A stretch of DNA of 64,000 bases from Candidatus Latescibacterota bacterium (GTDB lineage: Bacteria > Latescibacterota > UBA2968 > UBA8231), in the NCBI GenBank assembly GCA_965206595.1, contig OZ242214.1:6976001-7040000 (forward strand). Direction: 5' to 3'. The notes beneath the pieces are model-generated. The model did not search any database. It saw only the letters and a program-made list of their open reading frames with translations, and was not told where the DNA came from. A program made the translations under genes and the position numbers. Numbering within the stretch: the first letter of the stretch is position 1; each line of letters begins with the position of its first letter. Below are positions 60,740 through 64,000 of the stretch, one piece after another.

Positions 60740-61267
60740 GGGCGGCGTTCATGCGCCAGGGACGGGATCGCCGGGTGCGGACATCATGCGGCCGGCCATC
60801 ACATCGCCCTGTTCCCCAGGGCATCGCACCCATCCTCAGATCCATGTTCGTCGCCAACTCTCCCGGGGCCACGGCGTGGATGCGAATGTTGAGGGGCGAA
60901 GTTGCTCGCGGGCGACCAGGACCAGCCCTCGGACCCCCCCTTTACTAGATCCGTACGGAAGGGAAGTACTGCCGCCCAAAACTCCCGCGCCGGAGTGATC
61001 GTGACTTTCGTCTTGCGCGCGGGGCGCTCCGCCTTGAGGTGTATCCCGTCAACTGGACACAAATTGGGCTTGCATATGCTACAAGGGCGCCAAGGACCAC
61101 TCCTGCCGCGGCGGGCTAAGCTGGCCCGCGAGCTGCGCGCCACCCTCGGCGACGACTTCATCCTCCTGCACGACCAGATGGAGCGGGATGCGGTGGTGGT
61201 GGCGGTGTGAGGGAGGGCGCCAGGTGGGACCACCATACGGCCCTGCGCCAGGCGCCCCGGCTCCTGC

Positions 61268-64000
61268 CTACCGCAGCAGGGTCAGCTTGCGCGTCTGCAC
61301 GCCGTCGCCCGTGACCAGGCGGTACACGTAGACCCCGCTGGCCAGGGGGTGACCCAGGTCGCTCCGGCCCTCCCAATGCAGGCGGTGGAGGCCGGCCTTC
61401 TCTACACCCTCGTGCAACAGTGCCACCCGCTGCCCCGTCAGCGAAAACACCTCCAACCGGGCCAGACCCGGACGCAGCAAGAAGTAGGACAGGACCGTCT
61501 GGCTGTTGAACGGATTGGGGGTGTTCTGCTGCAACTGCGGGCCATCGGGCAGGCCAATGCGCTCTCGGGCCAGTGCCATCAGTTTGGCACGCGCTGGCTG
61601 GCCGAAGTGATCGGCGAGGAGGAAGAAGTCGCCGAAGCCGACCTGACCATCGCCGTCGAGGTCGAAGTGGGGTTCGCTGGTGCCGAAGTAGTCGACGAAC
61701 AGGAAGAAGTCGCCAAAGCCGACCTGGCCATCGCCGTCGAAGTCGGGGGAGGCCTGCCCGACGGCGGTGAAAATCACCGGCTCCAACCCTTCTACGGTTA
61801 CCTCTACGCTGATGCCCTCCCCCACCTCCCCGAGGGTCAGCGTGGCGGCAGCGCGGCCTTGGGCATCGGTAGTGGCGGTTTCTACAGACAGCGTGCCGTC
61901 GCCAGCGGTGATCGCGAAGGCGACTTGAACCCCTTCGAGCACATTGCCATTCTGATCCACCACCTCCACGACCAACGGCTCGGCCAACGCCGCGCTGCCC
62001 CGTCCCCGCTGCTCATCTCCGGAGAGCTTGGTCAGCATCTTGGGGATCAGGTGCCCGCCGGCAGTGAAGATCACCGGCTCCAACCCCTCCACGGTCACCT
62101 CTACGCTGACGGTCCCCGCCATCAACGGCGTCAGCGTGGTGGCTGCGCGGCCTCGGGCGTCGGTAGTGGCGGTCTCGACAGACAGCGCCCCCTCCCCCCT
62201 GATAACCGCAAATGTAACGGCTGATCCGGGCAGGCCCACACCGTTCTGGTCCCGCACCTCGACGATCAGGGGGTCCTCGACTGGAGTGCCCGACGGGGCC
62301 TGCTGGCCGTCGCCCGAGAGCTTGGCCAAGGCCTGGGGGCTCCGCGGGAACAGGACCCCCACACCCCTGGCTTCCAGGGCCGGCAGGTGGGTGTTGGCGG
62401 CTAACGAATTCAGGGGATTGCCCTCGAGATTCAGGTGGGTCAGTTGCGTCGCCCACTCGAGACCGGTCAGATCGCGGATCTCCCGGTTCCTCACGTCAAG
62501 GGTGGTCAAGCGCTCCATGTCGTCCCTGGTGAGAGGTCCGTAGCCGGATTTGCCCAGGGCTTCCCGAATGGCCGCTTTCAGGTTGAAGTCGGCCACATGT
62601 ACCACGGGGGTTACGTAAGGAGACAGGTCCCACAAGACGATGGTGTAGTCCCCCCCTCTTTCATAACCGCTGCCTAATGATGTGGCAAAAGTTGTGCCAT
62701 CCGGGGAAAATGTTGCACGCGCACCAAGCAGTTGGTCGCCACTGTTGCCTTGAAGTCTCGCGATGCGTCTGTATGCTTTCGCATCCAGATCCACCTCCCA
62801 GATCTTGATGTCTCCATCCTGTGAAGCGGTGACGATTCTGCCGCCATCCAGGGTAAATGACGCATAGCGGAGAAGATTGACCGACCTTACCAGAAACTGA
62901 TCCTTGAAGGCTCTCTTGCCCACGTCCCAAAAAGCGACCTTGCCATTGAATGCACTCGAAACGAGTGTTTTCCCATCCGGTGAGAACGACACGGAAGTGA
63001 CCGAGTCCTCATAGGGAATCTTGGCAATCTCGGTCTTTGTCGCCACGTCCCATAGCCTGATCGTGCTATCAAAAGAACCCGAAGCCAGGGTCTTTCCATC
63101 CGGTGAAAAGGTCACGCTCTGGACACCATGTGTATGGCCTGCAAGAGGGGGGAGTTGGGTTTTTGTCTCCATGTCCCATAGCCTGATTATGCTTGGGCCG
63201 GTCCAATCATCCGTTATTCCTGAGGCGAGGATTTCTCCATCGGGCGAAAAGGCCAAAGACATGATCCGACTGCGATAAGCACTAAGCGTGAAGGTGGTTA
63301 TCTCCGTCCTCGTTGCCACGTCCCACAGCTTGATGCTGCCATGCCATGTTCCCGTGGCGAGGATTTTCCCATCGGGCGAAAAGGCCAAAGAAAAGACCTG
63401 GTGAACACGCCCCCGATAAGGGTCATATCCCTCAAGGGTGGCGATGTGTGCGCCGGTCTCTGCGTTCCACAGTTCAACAGTTAGATTCTCTGACGCTGCG
63501 GCGAGGATTTTCCCATCGGGCGAAAAGGCCACACCATTGGCTCCATTCCCCTTCTGTCGGTCCAGGGGGATGATGAGTTTGTGGGTCGACTCATGCAGCA
63601 GCGAAAGACCTATTGTGCGGATATTCCCGCGTAGATCCACAACCTCGATCGCCATCTTGTGAGTGAGGAGGGTGGAGAGACTCGCGGCACCGGGGTCCGA
63701 TGGGGGAATGCCGTCATACTGGAGGTCGACAGCCGCATTCGTCACACCTCCCAATAGACGACCTGTCTTCAACTCTGGAGAGCCTGCAGAAAAGTGCGTT
63801 TCTGGTGTTGTGACAAATAGAGATACTTGCTGAAGACCGTCAGGGTCGCTGAGTTCCAGTTGGATAGGGACGCTTGTTGCTCCTGTCCGATATGAACGCG
63901 ATGAAAGGATCTCACACGTTGGCAAATCCAGCACATACTCCTGATACGTTGAGCTATCGGAATTGAAATGGGGGTGTACGGCCAAATGCCCGGCGCTCAA
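61268..64000 (-). CDS. Large surface protein (5'-partial): WD40 repeats, internalin-like LRR, two Big_1 Ig domains, EF-hand/dockerin-like pair, FlgD/T9SS-like tail
   Basis: FSPDG repeats; DFNLKAAIREAL...IRDLTGLE; SGD.Q..PL.VEV.DQNG..TTDA.GRA x2; DFDGDGQVGFGDF x2; QNTPNPFNS...ASGVY. Confidence 0.85.
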   Translation of the reverse strand: MSAGHLAVHPHFNSDSSTYQEYVLDLPTCEILSSRSYRTGATSVPIQLELSDPDGLQQVSLFVTTPETHFSAGSPELKTGRLLGGVTNAAVDLQYDGIPPSDPGAASLSTLLTHKMAIEVVDLRGNIRTIGLSLLHESTHKLIIPLDRQKGNGANGVAFSPDGKILAAASENLTVELWNAETGAHIATLEGYDPYRGRVHQVFSLAFSPDGKILATGTWHGSIKLWDVATRTEITTFTLSAYRSRIMSLAFSPDGEILASGITDDWTGPSIIRLWDMETKTQLPPLAGHTHGVQSVTFSPDGKTLASGSFDSTIRLWDVATKTEIAKIPYEDSVTSVSFSPDGKTLVSSAFNGKVAFWDVGKRAFKDQFLVRSVNLLRYASFTLDGGRIVTASQDGDIKIWEVDLDAKAYRRIARLQGNSGDQLLGARATFSPDGTTFATSLGSGYERGGDYTIVLWDLSPYVTPVVHVADFNLKAAIREALGKSGYGPLTRDDMERLTTLDVRNREIRDLTGLEWATQLTHLNLEGNPLNSLAANTHLPALEARGVGVLFPRSPQALAKLSGDGQQAPSGTPVEDPLIVEVRDQNGVGLPGSAVTFAVIRGEGALSVETATTDARGRAATTLTPLMAGTVSVEVTVEGLEPVIFTAGGHLIPKMLTKLSGDEQRGRGSAALAEPLVVEVVDQNGNVLEGVQVAFAITAGDGTLSVETATTDAQGRAAATLTLGEVGEGISVEVTVEGLEPVIFTAVGQASPDFDGDGQVGFGDFFLFVDYFGTSEPHFDLDGDGQVGFGDFFLLADHFGQPARAKLMALARERIGLPDGPQLQQNTPNPFNSQTVLSYFLLRPGLARLEVFSLTGQRVALLHEGVEKAGLHRLHWEGRSDLGHPLASGVYVYRLVTGDGVQTRKLTLLR

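Noticed and set aside
1-64000. rRNA, tRNA, CRISPR array or prophage
   Set aside because: No recognisable sequence or structural signatures were seen by eye; tRNAscan/Infernal were not run.

Overview
GC-rich bacterial chromosome segment. Its gene content (WD40/LRR/Ig surface proteins with FlgD/T9SS-like tails, 'AVE..WG.IK' C-terminal tails, three PhyH dioxygenases) resembles host-associated FCB-group lineages such as Latescibacterota-like sponge symbionts; this taxonomy is inference only. (1) 1-8.4 kb: a tandem minus-strand array. Two small secreted Cys/His-rich peptides (CxxxC...CCxC) each head a run of secreted CBM9/DOMON-like paralogues (six copies, conserved framework plus variable loops, identical C-terminal tail), and a third peptide unit probably starts just left of the window. 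This is the best candidate for an undescribed system. (2) 10-22 kb: MATE transporter and a catabolic cluster (PhyH x2, enolase-superfamily enzyme, VOC protein, Ldh-like oxidoreductase, aldo/keto reductase, class III aminotransferase) plus an XRE regulator. (3) 22-35.7 kb: a translationally coupled six-gene operon with three TPNGDG/FlgD-tail proteins, two ~880-aa paralogues and a PPIase lipoprotein. (4) 36-59 kb: a decayed region full of insertion sequences (IS5 x3, IS256, ISKra4, IS630, IS1182-like, IS66) and broken surface-protein genes, plus GmrSD, a GNAT and a DASS transporter. IS4 and IS1380 lie further left. (5) 59-64 kb: uxuA-like pseudogene, a PhyH gene and a large multidomain surface protein cut by the window edge. 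No rRNA, tRNA or CRISPR array was seen. Family assignments are from motif recognition; no database searches were run.
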